Shown here in pieces: positions 30,767 through 43,076 of a stretch of DNA of 64,000 nt (the stretch's first letter is position 1; every line of letters begins with the position of its first letter). This stretch comes from Schmidtea polychroa. Lineage: Eukaryota. The notes below the pieces were generated by a model, which did not search any database, was not told the DNA's origin, and worked only from the letters and a program-made list of their open reading frames with translations. Location: assembly GCA_044892525.1 (NCBI GenBank), contig CM097885.1, forward strand, positions 2,606,001-2,670,000, written 5' to 3'. The position numbers were made by a program, and so were the translations under genes.

Positions 30767-31240
30767 CAGTGGCGGAACTTCAAAATTTGGGCCCCCCGCG
30801 CAATGCAAAATATTTCCACTTAAATTTTTCGGTTAAAGTTTAATGCAATGACCCCAATTGTTGGGATAGGAATAAGCAAATTCCTTTTCATTTTTTAAAA
30901 TTATAGTTTTCTTTTAGCTAGGGACTGACAACCTAATTCTTCGTAGAAAATGTTTCCAGCATTGAAAAAACCGACTAAAATACCTAAATAGCAAATAAAA
31001 AGCAATAAGTTTACTTAAATAAAAAATAACGTCAAATAAAACAAAAAAAAGATATTCAAAACAAAACTAGTTATCCACAGCAACCGCTATTCAATGATAG
31101 TTTTATGTTTGTAGGCAAATATAACTGCGGGAAAAAAGTTTCAGAAAATGATTGTAAATATTTTTTTAGTAATAATTTTGGGCCTCTATAGCTGGGAGCC
31201 CCAGCAACGCAGGGTCCTACGTCCACTAGTTACGCCATTG
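30767..31240. mobile_element. Non-autonomous hAT-type element (MITE)
   Basis: Imperfect TIRs CAGTGGCGGAACT / AGTTACGCCATTG and a perfect 8-bp TSD GATCACTT (30759-30766, 31241-31248). Confidence 0.85.
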
Positions 31241-31599
31241 GATCACTTCTATATGGAATTCATTATGGTAACCGCATTAATATTCTTATTATCCATATGT
31301 TCGTACGCCGTTAAGACTGGAAGTGATATTTATGCAGTATTCAATAAATATATTGTTCCATTTAGTTTTATGTTCTTTCACCATATATAAATTTGAGTAT
31401 TATCTATGTTATACTGAAATGAATATGGAGTATTTATCAGAAAATAATACACCATTATGTTTTTATTGACTCAAGCATGAAAAATTATGTCTGTCTCCCA
31501 TTGTCTTTTTATGTCACTGTTTTATATTTAAACTGTGGGAAGAGAATTGGATCCAATTGGGAGGTAAAATGTAAATTTTATAATACTAAGTAAAAATAA

Positions 31600-31879
31600 A
31601 GGGTCATTACATAATTACGTCATGCTAAAAATGACCATTTTGACCCACCCTGTCATGTTTGGTCAAATTTCTGTTGATCCACTACCCAATAATGACGTTA
31701 TTTTATTGTTCACGAAATGAGGGTAGCTTATTTGTTCCATACGGTCCTCTAGACTGCTTGGGAGCTTGCTGTAGTAGCAATAATTGTTAGTCATCGTTGT
31801 CCAGTCAATATACAACTAGCGTGACGTCACATTCAGCTCAACCCTCCCACGTCACATTTCGTGATTATGCAATGACCCC
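31600..31879. mobile_element. MITE with about 20-bp TIRs (possibly PIF/Harbinger-type)
   Basis: AGGGTCATTACATAATTACG at the left end versus CGTGATTATGCAATGACCCC at the right end. No clean TSD. Confidence 0.6.
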
Positions 31880-32797
31880 AATTGTTGGGATAGGAATAAG
31901 CAAATTCCTTTTCATTTTTTAAAATTATAGTTTTCTTTTAGCTAGGGACTGACAACCTAATTCTTCGTAGAAAATGTTTCCAGCATTGAAAAAACCGACT
32001 AAAATACCTAAATAGCAAATAAAAAGCAATAAGTTTACTTAAATAAAAAATAACGTCAAATAAAACAAAAAAAAGATATTCAAAACAAAACTAAATAAAA
32101 TCTAGGAAATGCAAGAAGTTGCACATAATACATATAAAACAGCAAAATGAATATAAAAGAATAAAACATGCACGTTATCCAACCAGAATGGGGAAAATAA
32201 TTAAAATTTAATTAAATAATTAAATAATCAAAAGAAAAATATAAAAAGAATAAATCAAGAACAGAAAGCAAAAAATAAGAAATTACCAATTTGCACCCAT
32301 ACTCAATTCTGATTGGATACTAAACAAACCCGAGCGGTATAAATAGGTCCCTTTTATTCAGTTTGTTCAATGCTATTTTTTACTATTTCATAGACTTTAG
32401 ATCAGCGGACGAATTTTTAAATTATTCTACTGAATCAAACCGAATACTTCAATTCATTACCGATCCAGCGTATTCAATTCTAGAACCATTTTGACATCTA
32501 TAGTGGGAGCCGAATCTTTGGAAATCTATAGTAAATTTTGTAAGTTGCTAGAGAAATTTAGTTAATCCACAAAAACCATGTAGAGCATGAGAACCGACCA
32601 ACTCACAAGTTAACTATTGCAGATAAAGTAGTCAATTATAATTTCCCATTGCCAACTGTTATTGCATGCGAGCTCAAGTTCGATAACATAACTTAAAAAG
32701 TTTTTATACTTCAAAAATTCTTACCGCCTGTTAAATCACTACAGACTGTTTTTATGTATATTCTTACAGAATCATCCCAGCTACCACTGTACCAAAG

Positions 32798-33528
32798 ATG
32801 ATCCGGAAACCATGTTTTTCTTGTACGGACAAGAATGCCGCCAATAAATCTCTTCGGTCCGAAATTAGACTCCTTAAAAAACGAATAGATTATCTGGAAA
32901 GGACCTGGTTCATCCCTAGCCAGATGAAAGAATCGACAAAGAAACTCCTCAGGTTAGAACATTGCTGGGATAGCCTGCTGGAAGAAAATAGGGCACAGCG
33001 CGTGCTCATTCGCGAGCAGTCTCAAGCTCTACACCGAATATATTCCGATTCGGAATTTGTTAAACGTATGGTGCATCATAGAAAAAAAAACATTTCCCCA
33101 GTCATCATCAATCAGAGGTTTCAAGCTCCCCCAAACGAACAATATATACCAATCACAGTGAGAGTCTATCTTTCCACTATACCCCAGATATCGTCTACAT
33201 GGGGACAAGTCTAGCTCCCGCACAAATTACCCCTCCAGAGACTACCTCAACATCTATAGTAGCAACGGCAAAGCCAAAACGCAAGTCGCTCACTCGAGCA
33301 GAGCGCACAAAACGACGGAAGGAAAGACAAGCTGAAGTAGAGGCATTACTGATCTCTTCTAGTATGAAAATGGCGGCGGAACTCATTGTCGCCATGGATA
33401 CCTCCAGAAACTCTGCTTACGCCATCGTCCCAGTCTCAGGTACTCCTTGGATGGAAGTAGACCATTCAATGAAGCCGAGGGCAGTGACTCCAAACACAAT
33501 CGGCCCCGAGCATCTCGTCGCATCATAA
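32798..33528 (+). CDS. Two overlapping hypothetical ORFs (138 aa coiled-coil-like; 109 aa basic), possibly a transposon remnant
   Basis: More GC-rich than the flanks, with a TATAAATA at about 32338 upstream. No recognisable domain. Confidence 0.2.
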
Positions 33529-35777
33529 ATAAATCATGTAACACTTTGATGTATGACAATTCTGATTTAGCATAAAATGAATCGTGAATATTGTTTCCTG
33601 ATTAATCGTTGAGGTGTTTTCCTTCTGTCTGTTTAATATAAATTCCCGTTTTTGGTAATATTCTGAATAAATCTCATCAGGTGTGTAGTATCGTTGACCA
33701 TGGAAGACCTCGAGATTCATGGGTATGAGTAGAGGTCAAATAATTCTATCGGCAGTCCAGAACCCGAGAGGAAAACATAATGAGGAGTAGTTTTAGCAAT
33801 GGAGCTCACCTGCTCATGGGTTTTCAGTCATTGTGTACAGCATCAACATGGTCGTCACCATGGGTATACAGGTGGTCTAAAGTACATTAATCATGTGGTC
33901 GTTTAGGAAGGAGTCACCCAAGTATCCATCACTACCCCAGACACATCCTTAAGCAGCCCAATACTATTAAAGGAAAATTTAATTTGACATTTATTTTATT
34001 TTAAATTTAAATAATAATTTTCTTTATTTACTCCTTCTGAGATTTCTATTGGTATTGAAAATTTTGTGTTAGTGTGGTCAAAGGTGAGGTAGCAAGAGCA
34101 GTCAAAATAAAAGAAAAGGTGGTACGATAAAAAAATTCAGTGTTTATGACACTAAAGAGAGTAGTCGCAGTATTATGCTTGAAGTGGTGCATTAGCAGAT
34201 GATTTGAATGATACTTCAATGTCATTTTAGTCAGATACAACCAATTCACGTTCCATCAAGGATCTGATTTGTTCTTTGGTTCCGTGGTTCAGTATTGGTC
34301 AATATATTTCACATAATGATAGCCAAATTGGTGTCAGTTCCGGGATTTTGGATTCGTTTAGGGTTGGGGAGGTCTTCTTATCCAATCATTATCAAGCATG
34401 CTGGCCTTCATTTTTTTGGCTGCACGAAATTATGGAATCGCTATTTAAACAACCGATAAATAAGAGGAAATGGGTGGCAGTTTGGGCCACATTAGTCATG
34501 TCCATAAGAAGTATCCAATCTGACACGGCTCTTCAAGGGATCCATAATTATGAATAATTTTTGAGATTATATTTTTTATATAATTAATATTTTGCGAAGA
34601 TTATTATTGCAGAACGTGAAGAACCAAAGCCGTTAAAGCGAGATTTATTTTAATAGTCAGAATGGGCATTTTTTGCGATAATCGGAATGTTGTAAATGTT
34701 GTAGATTATATAAATTTTATTACAAATACACGTTGAGTTTTGTTTATCTAATTGATTTTACTGAACTCATGGAGTCAGAAACACCGAATTTATCTAATTG
34801 AAAACACAACACCATTACCAAACAGGCCCGAACAAATTCCGGGTGAATGTATATGTTAGGTGTGAGCACGCATGAGGTACTCGAGAGCCAAATACAGGTT
34901 TTCTTTGTATTACAAAGAGCCACAACTATAAAATCAGATCTCAATGGTAGCCACACAGCTCATCAAACAGCCGCACTTACCCACCCCTGATATATGTAGA
35001 AATAAATGATAATCGATAGAGAAATGATTACAGATATAAATAAACAGTATAATTAAAGCGGTAGACGCATGATAGCATAAAATAAAACATTTTGTGAGTT
35101 AAAAAGGTAAATCATTCCTAAACCTGAAAATCAAACAGACACAACCAAAACGTTCAAACTTCACAAGCAGTATATAATATCTGACAAAACAACATGCACA
35201 AATTTTTCGGAAATATTTGTAGGAGAATCGAATAGATAACACCAGTGTAACGTTGTGAAACTCAATTCTTTTATCATGACTTCAACACAAGCAAATTATT
35301 CCCATTTTATCATATAATAAAATCTATTTGATCTCACTGACAAAAAAAACCTTTCGACCCAAACGAAAATTCAATTCGAAACTTACCAATCATAATGAAT
35401 TAGCATTGTTGTAATACACAGAAATTTCTCCATGCCTCCAGGGAGCTCATTACGCATTGAAATACAAATTTCGGTAATTTGCTTTTTGTGCAACCCTTTG
35501 CTAGTTAATGATTATCGATATGCAATTGCCGTGTACAGTATACAGTTGAACTTGTGCCACGCAGAATTGATGATCAATTTAATGTTGTCCCCATCCTGAG
35601 ATGAAATCACGAGAACCAAAGTTCTATATGGGTAACAAAATCATCCATAAAATAAACTACAAAATGAAATGCGCTCAAAGCTCACCCAATCAAAACACGC
35701 GTGCTACAACCGATAAAATTGATAAATGATAATCGATAAACAAAAGAATAATTTAATTAACGCAAATCAAGAATCAA

Positions 35778-37650
35778 TTAATTTAATTTCAATCGCTTCT
35801 CGGTTGGCTGGGATTCTTGATCGAGATCGGTATCGATCTGCTCGGTAGCCGCCTGTGTTGCCGGTGGCATCACGATCACCATCGGTGGGGGTGGAGGTGG
35901 TGGGGGAGGCGCGATTTGCGATACCGCCTGTGAGATGATGGGAGTGTTGACAATAATTGTGATTGTGGGGGCAGGCATCACCTGGGGCACCGCCTGCGGA
36001 CCGATCCGATCCATATCTGCTGCTGCCGCCGCCTCCTTCTTGTCGTCCCCGCGGGCCGTTCCCCCCATATCGGATTGCCTAGAGATTAATGGTTCCTGCG
36101 TCGCGGCGTGACCGTCCCAGATATATTTCTCACCCTTCTTAGCGTCCTCCTCTCCTACCTTCCGCCCGATTACCGTTTCCTCGATACCGAATATATCCGT
36201 TCGACGCTCCGCCATCATTTTCAGATTGTAATCGACATTCGGGCCCGATGTGAACGGCGTGTCCTCTTGCGATTTGTTCTTGGTGTTGCGGTCTCGGTGC
36301 TCTCGCCACGAGGGGTTCAATAGGCCAACATGAATGTGCTGATTGGCTTGGCTCGTCGTGATCTTCTTGTTATCGCCGAGTGGTGAGATCAGGAACACCT
36401 GGATGGAAACGGACAAATAAACAAACAAATATCATTGGACTAATTGCAAAACGGAACATAGTAAAATGAAAATAAATTACTTCATCATTTTGTTTCTTAG
36501 ATTTCGCTTTCGGATCGTAAGGTTTAATGAGGACTTCTTCCGGTTTGATAAGATTTGTTCTAGCTGCATCGCTTACAGGCTGTTTGAATGTTCCAGTTGA
36601 ACCAAGCGGCATTGGTGGAGGAGGAGCAGGGATTGAATCTTCCTCTTCATCACTCACCTCCATGTCTTCCACTTCCATGTCATCGTTTTCCTTATCACCA
36701 TGAACATCAGTTTGACGAATTTTCTCTTCTTCAATTTCTTCCTCTTCTTCTTCCTCAACTTCTTCTTCTTGTTGTGTTTTATTATCTTCAATCCACCTAT
36801 TAACAACTTGTTCTCCTCTTTCTTCAGCAATCGCTCTTGCTCCAACCTCTTCTGGAATTGTAGGTGGGGGAAAGTTTCCAACTTCATTAGGTTGATAATC
36901 TACCATTTCCACAACAACAAAATCATGCCAATCAATTTGTCCATAAGCAACCCTTTCTTTGTCTTCAGCCTCCATTTCCTTTTTACGCTGCCTTGCCTGA
37001 TACCGATCCCAGGATACACGATATTTACAATTTTTCATGAATATTTCTGGGCTTTTTGATTCTTTATTAAGTTTTTCAATGATATCATTTGGAGGTAACA
37101 AAATTTTGGTAAATTGTTCAACAAGTTTGGTGAAATAACTGAACATATTGTGCTGAGGACGCAAGAAATCAAATAAATAATTACGTTGCTCACGATTCAT
37201 GAGCTGGGTTAAAAATTGTCTGCCATTTCGTGCTACAAATTGAGCTGTAAGTCTTACAATATCAAGCTCCAAACTATTAATACTCGGAGGGTCAACTATA
37301 AATTCAAATTCTGCTGGTGTTTCCTTGGGTTCAAAAACTTCTTGAATAGCTTTAGGTGTGTCTTGAGCCAATTTCATGGCTGTAGGAACTGAAACATTAG
37401 CAGAAATAGATTCAACTGTACCCTCAATACATTGCTTAACTCTTTGATTATAATAAGGATTGTAAGGGTCAAGAGAATTAAGAAAGTTAAATTTGGGATT
37501 ATTAGCTTCATTTATTTTAACCCTTGCTTCAAAATCAGGTCCATTTCGAGCAACAAATTCTGCCGTTCGGTCAACAATATTTCTGACATCTGGTGGCGGA
37601 ATTATTACACCAAATTTTGGTGCAATGTGCTCTGGTTCAGTTATAGTCAT
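35778..37650 (-). CDS. SF3A1: Splicing factor 3A subunit 1 (Prp21/SAP114), about 596 aa; exon 1 37650-36481, 82-nt intron 36480-36399, exon 2 36398-35778
   Basis: Two SURP domains (IVDRTAEFVARNG; IVRLTAQFVARNGRQFL), PRP21 motifs IDWHDFVVVE and MAERRTDIFG...IWDGH, and a phase-0 GTAATT...TCCAG intron that joins the two ORFs in frame. Confidence 0.95.
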
Positions 37651-39204
37651 CTTTAAAATTATAGCATAAGAATTCAAATTTAAAATAGAAAAATAACATA
37701 CTTTTAAAATATGGCGATAAAAATTCAAAAATGTACAATAAATGATAGATTTTAAAACAAACTTAAAACATTTATATAAAATATAAATATTTATATCTTT
37801 ATGAATTATTAAAATAACGAATTTATGAGTAATACTTTGTAGAGAATAGGCAATATCATAAACTTACAATAATAATATTATGATCTTACAATATGAATCG
37901 ATGATGTGAATGATATTGAGAAAAAACTGTTAAGCTAAAACTGAAAGCTGAAGTTTGTTAGTAAGTAGGTGGCAATAAGATAATTACAGTAATAAGGCAG
38001 TATATTTAAAATTAATAAAACACAAACAAATATAATATAATAGTACACAAGTCAAAAAAGGTACATATTATTTGGCAGTAAACAGAGGCGTCGTGCAACG
38101 AGAAATTTAGGGGCCCGAAAGACACTTCTTCAACTTTATGAATATTATAATAATTAGCAGCTGCTTTAAATATACGTCTTTGTATTCAGTACGAGAACAC
38201 ATTTCTATCCAAACTGTACTATATTTTCCAATTGCGTAAGAAAGCAACAACATCAGTTCATTATCGTCCTTCTACATATGACGTCTTCTGTGCTCGCTCT
38301 GACCCCACTGCTATCACCATCAAGGAGGAGAATCGCCGATGTCCCATTACACTTAGAGTATTTTTTACAAACTTGAGAACAGAAAATGAGCTTTCATATA
38401 AAGCAGAAGTTACTGGAATATTTTAAACGAGACGATAGAGAATACTCAAATTAGTGAAAGGCTAGAAGGCCGATAATTAATAAAACAATTAATTAAGAAT
38501 TAATTAAGAAAATTCTGTCAAAGCAAGCCACACATCAGCAAAAACCGCAAGAAGTGAATTTAAAACCATAACAAAACATCAAATGAACAAGAAATTAAAA
38601 AATAAAACACAATCAATAATAAAAAGTTGCAGATTGAAATATATTTAAATGAAAAAGAAAAATTATTGCATAAAAATAAAAACTAAATTAATCAAAAAAA
38701 TAAATGGAATACTTTTACCTGATTGGTCGGAAAATAAGTATATATAAGCTGCCCTGACAGTAAATTTTTAACTTTTTAACAACTACTAGTTTAACGAACT
38801 TACTGTTAATTTTATGCGTATTGATTAATATGGAAGTAAATATTTTGGTTGTTTATAATTATTTTATTTTTATTTTTTCTATGATAAATATATGTTCGGG
38901 TTGCATTTTTTGATTTATGGTTTTTATCTATTTATGCATTTTGAGACATTCCAAAAGTTTAACACATGAGGATCCAAGGAGAAAGCCAAAAGTGAACTTC
39001 CTTGGAGTTTGGAGAACATTCGAACATTAGCCCATCAGGAGACCGGCCGAGCAGAGATCAGCAGTGTTGTGTTTTCATATAATACTCTTTGTGCTCACCT
39101 AATATATTCATCTTTCGTAAATCTATTCCTTGGAATAACAAAATCTATGTCAGTTTTCAGAATATTTTCTGAACTTCTTGCTCTATCTTTTTTATTTTTA
39201 ATTT

Positions 39205-39236
39205 ACTAGCTGAGGTTCCCAGCGCTGTCCGGGACA
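39205..39236 (-). mobile_element. Possible Helitron-type 3' terminus
   Basis: The minus strand reads CCCGGACAGCGCTGGG (weak hairpin) ...CTAG|T. No other end was identified. Confidence 0.25.
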
Positions 39237-40604
39237 GTATAAGTTGTGTTGTAAAACTATTTTTTTTCAGTAAAACGCACATTTTTTTCCAAAAGTATTT
39301 ATTTATTTTCAACATCTATCACATGTTTTAAGAATTTCAAAATTACAAAAGAAAACAAAATTTTAATACTTTTTAAAATGATCCTCTCAACCTGACATTT
39401 TAAAAAAGTGCATTTGATAGACAATGTTTTTTGCTCAGCCACATAGTGTAAAGATGAAGAGGTTTTTGGCTGAACCAACTCTGGGCTTTGTAGATGGACA
39501 TGGCAAAAGCGAGGCGTTTTATCGGGGTGTAACCTAACTGGTTCGGATAGGGGGCTGTCAAAATGCATGAACATCTTGTTATTCAAACTTACTTTTTGTT
39601 CATGATAGTATTGTGAAATCTGCTGTTTAATTGTACTTTACTTAGAAACCAGAAAACAGGATCAGTAAATATGAGAAAGGCAGTTATGTGTAAAGGACAG
39701 CTACAACTATAACTACATAACCCATGAATCAAATATTTCACTACTCAGATCATCTTCATAGTATTCGGTTATTCGTTTTATGAATTGCTCAAACTCTTGT
39801 ATCCCGCTACAACAGTTGGCTCATCAAATGTTCCCACCCCTCTTTAAGTCTAGCTCATTCAAGAATGAAATATCCTGGCGTGAAACTCTAACGCCACATA
39901 AACCAATATAGAGAAGCCAAACAAAATTTGGAAAGTTCAAACAAGCAAATTAAGGTGTTTAACTATTTATATATTTATTGTTGTCGTTCTGAGTATATTT
40001 GATTCGCTTGTTTTTGTATGTGTTAGAAATAATGGAAACAAAACAAAAACAGGCCGAAGCCGCGAAAGGAAAAAATTATAAATATTGCGACGGCTGTCAA
40101 AGATAACTCGGTCGGAGGGAAAACTGGGAAATCATGTTGGAGATAAAAAATGTGGAATTGGAGATAAACTGAAGTGCGACCAATTGACGAGGTATAAAAG
40201 GAAGTGGTATAGCAGAAGCGAGAGAGAAACTATAAAGAGGACGATTTAAAAAATTAAGAAGACGTGGGAGAATTGTATTAACGAACAGTTTGGAGAAGCC
40301 ATTGAGAGAACAATTTGAAAGAAATATTTGAATAAAATTGAAATAGAGAAACTAAAAAGAAAACAGAATTAAAGAGAATCAGCAAGAATTTATTCAGTTG
40401 ATAATAGAATAAAGTTAGGCGAGTAAAACCAAATCAAAATCAGAGAACAACCAGTTAAAATTACCAATTATTACACTCCTCAGTTGTGAGAGATTTGTCA
40501 CATCAAAGTTATACGAGTGTGCTATTCCTCACCATAGTTTTGTAATAAGCACGGTATAATAGTTAGCTTATTGAGTCAATTGTATCAGTAAAAAGTAAAA
40601 AGTA

Positions 40605-41367
40605 TGTTGGTAGCAGTATTAGGAAATGCCAATAGCTGTTGCGAAAGGCAAGAATCCAGGAATCCAAATAAAATCAATATATTGTAAAGTTATCGAAATT
40701 GAATTGGTAAAACGGGAGAGGTATAGATTAGCTGATGGTCAGCAATATAATGATTAGGGATTTATCAGAAAATGGTTAGAAATGGTCGAAAAGCATTCGA
40801 GTGTGTTAAAACAGAAAATCGTTAATTAATTAATTAATTGACTAATAGAAAACCCGAGCTAATAGGAAACCCGAGCTAATAGGAAACCCGAGCCAATGGA
40901 GAACCCGAGAGATGAAGGAAACCCAAGCTCAATTAACATGAAAAGTAAACAAAATGAGAATCTCGGAAGACCATCATCACGACAGCATGATTTTTTGGAC
41001 TATTACGAAGAAATAGCAGAGGCAGCCAATTAGCCATGATATGGTGAAAACAGCGTTCAACGAGCCGGTTGTCAAACCATTGTCAGATAGGAGCAACCAA
41101 TCAAAAACTGATTAATCATAGTGATTAGTCCAGTATAAAAGCAAAGTCGAAATTCAAAATAATTGGCAATTTGCCTCAGCTAGAGTTAGAAGAAAACGAG
41201 AATAAACAAACGCTAAAGGCGAAATAAGGAGATTAGGGAAAAAGGAAATATAGAATAGGAGATACGAAAAAGTGAAAAGGAATCAAATCAAATAGAAAAA
41301 GGAAAACGTTGGTCAAGAGAAGCCAAGAAATAAAAAGGTGAATATTATCTTTTGTCAAAGCATCAAC
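40605..41367 (+). mobile_element. Possible solo or truncated LTR containing a short about 17-bp tandem repeat (GGAAACCCGAGCTAATA, about 40847-40930)
   Basis: Begins TGTTG and ends near CAACA, with TATAAAA at about 41134 and downstream AATAAA. TSD is not convincing. Confidence 0.3.
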
Positions 41368-42207
41368 AGTAGTGTGGTTATATACCCAACCAAAACAGCC
41401 CCCCAACAAAAACATGCCTCCAAATCACTTAAGCTATTAGAAAAACAACCTAAAACTTATACTTTTATAGTATTTTAACCCTATATTTTGAAAACAACCA
41501 CCCTTAATGACTCTAACTGTTTTAATCTTTAAAGCCTCAAACTCAAAAGCTTCAAACTAAAAAGAGAATAGAAAAGAAAATGGCATTATGAAAAAGTTAG
41601 AGGGCTATTTGATCTTTATCAGATTATTGATTTTAAATTATATAAATTAAAAAATAAATGAAAAATAGTAAAACTGCTCTGAGGGGACAGTGGTATTTTT
41701 TTTTTTTTTTTTCACTGTCCCCTCAACAGTTTTTTTTTGATCCGGATCATTTTTTTTATTTATCAACCTCTTTCGTTTATCGAATCTCTTCCAATATACA
41801 AGCTGGCCAGACTCATACATCAGAATCAATCCGATAATAGCAGCACACCTTATTATTCGCTTCTCGCTCGAATACGATTTCATCGGCGTTTTAAGTGTGC
41901 TGCTCGAAAGTACAAATGAATTCGAAAGCGAATCCGAAAGAGGTCCGAAAACAACTGAGAAATAAATGTGCACATTACCGGAATCGATCCGGGGGTGTTC
42001 GAAAGACAGGTGGCGATAATTACCGGTTCGCCACCATCACCCGTTTCAATATTTTTTTTTTCATATTTATGTTTAAAAAATAATTAATTAATAAAAAAAT
42101 AAAATAAAATAAAATAAATAAAATAAAATATACAAGTACTTTATAAATATAAGATACCCACACTATTTTCAATATTATTTTCAAATTTTTAATATTATTT
42201 TATGTTG

Positions 42208-42288
42208 AAAAAAACTAACCACAGTTAGGATTTGAACCGCTATCCATTTGAACCACTGTGCCGGTCTAGCCCACTGCGCTATCTAGGA
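42208..42288 (-). ncRNA. Pol III tRNA-like unit A (second copy at about 54876-54957)
   Basis: A box TAGCGCAGTGG, B box GGTTCAAATCC starting 43 nt later, T7 terminator. Confidence 0.5.
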
Positions 42289-42535
42289 TTGGATTTTTGT
42301 CATTTTTTAGACTATAAATAATCGATTCAAGTTCTTTAACTCTTTCCTGTAATTGTTTCATTTTCTTCAATCTTATATCAGCAACATCTACAGCCTTCAT
42401 ATAAAAATGTCGATACTTTTCATTATCTACCATCAACTCTTTGATGTATTCTAATGGTTCTTCTTCTCTTCTTCTCATTCTTTTATGTTTAACTTCATTC
42501 AATTCATTTCTCATTCTTTCTTTTAACTCATCCAT
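42266..42535 (-). CDS. Small coiled-coil Polinton protein (89 aa)
   Basis: Preceded by TTTATAAAAATG like other genes of the element; charged heptad-like sequence. Confidence 0.55.
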   Translation of the reverse strand: MDELKERMRNELNEVKHKRMRRREEEPLEYIKELMVDNEKYRHFYMKAVDVADIRLKKMKQLQERVKELESIIYSLKNDKNPILDSAVG

Positions 42536-42696
42536 TTTTATAAATATTTTTTTATTGGATATATTAATTTTTGGTAGCTTAAGTTAAAACGTTTTTGATC
42601 TTAAATTTCCAAGAGTTGCCGTTGACCAATCTCCTTAAAAATTTGTACAAGTACTAAATCGAGTATGCTGATCAATATTTCGTTAAAAAAAATTTG

Positions 42697-42778
42697 AAAA
42701 AAAATGACCGAAATGGGATTTGAACCCATTGGTATTGGCAATGCAGTCGAGTGCTATTACCACTAAGCTATTAGAGCT
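42697..42778 (-). ncRNA. Pol III tRNA-like unit B, 5' half resembles tRNA-Cys (second copy at about 55117-55198)
   Basis: TAGCTTAGTGGTAATAGCACTCGACTGCA, then a perfect T-arm ATGGG-TTCAAAT-CCCAT and a T8 terminator. The anticodon stem does not pair. Confidence 0.55.
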
Positions 42779-42938
42779 ATACTCAATATAAAATAAGTTG
42801 TTAATGTGTGACTATTTATTGATGAAATTAATAATTAATTATTCATTTTCTCGACAAGTACCACTCAGATCGATCTGAAAATTTAAATATATACTAAAAT
42901 CAGTACGCTGAATCAGATTCCGTTGAAAAAAAAATATC

Positions 42939-43020
42939 GAAAAAATTGACCAAAATCGAAAATTGAACCCGGTACTCCCGGTGATAAAATTGAAGCCTAT
43001 TCCCACTCCGCTATAATGGC
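42939..43020 (-). ncRNA. Pol III tRNA-like unit C
   Basis: A box TAGCGGAGTGG, B-box-like GGTTCAATT 44 nt later, partial acceptor stem GCCATTA/TTTTGGT, T-run terminator. Confidence 0.4.
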
Positions 43021-43076
43021 TTACATAATATATTTAATTAATCCTATTTTGTGTGTGTAAATTTTAATATATAAAA

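Noticed and set aside
41647..42083. Short ORFs in the duplicated subterminal block (also 53525-53931)
   Set aside because: They run through homopolymers and hairpins, differ in frame between the two copies and show no domain.
42697..42778. Functional tRNA-Cys gene
   Set aside because: The anticodon stem does not pair and the acceptor stem is poor, so it is kept only as a tRNA-like Pol III unit.
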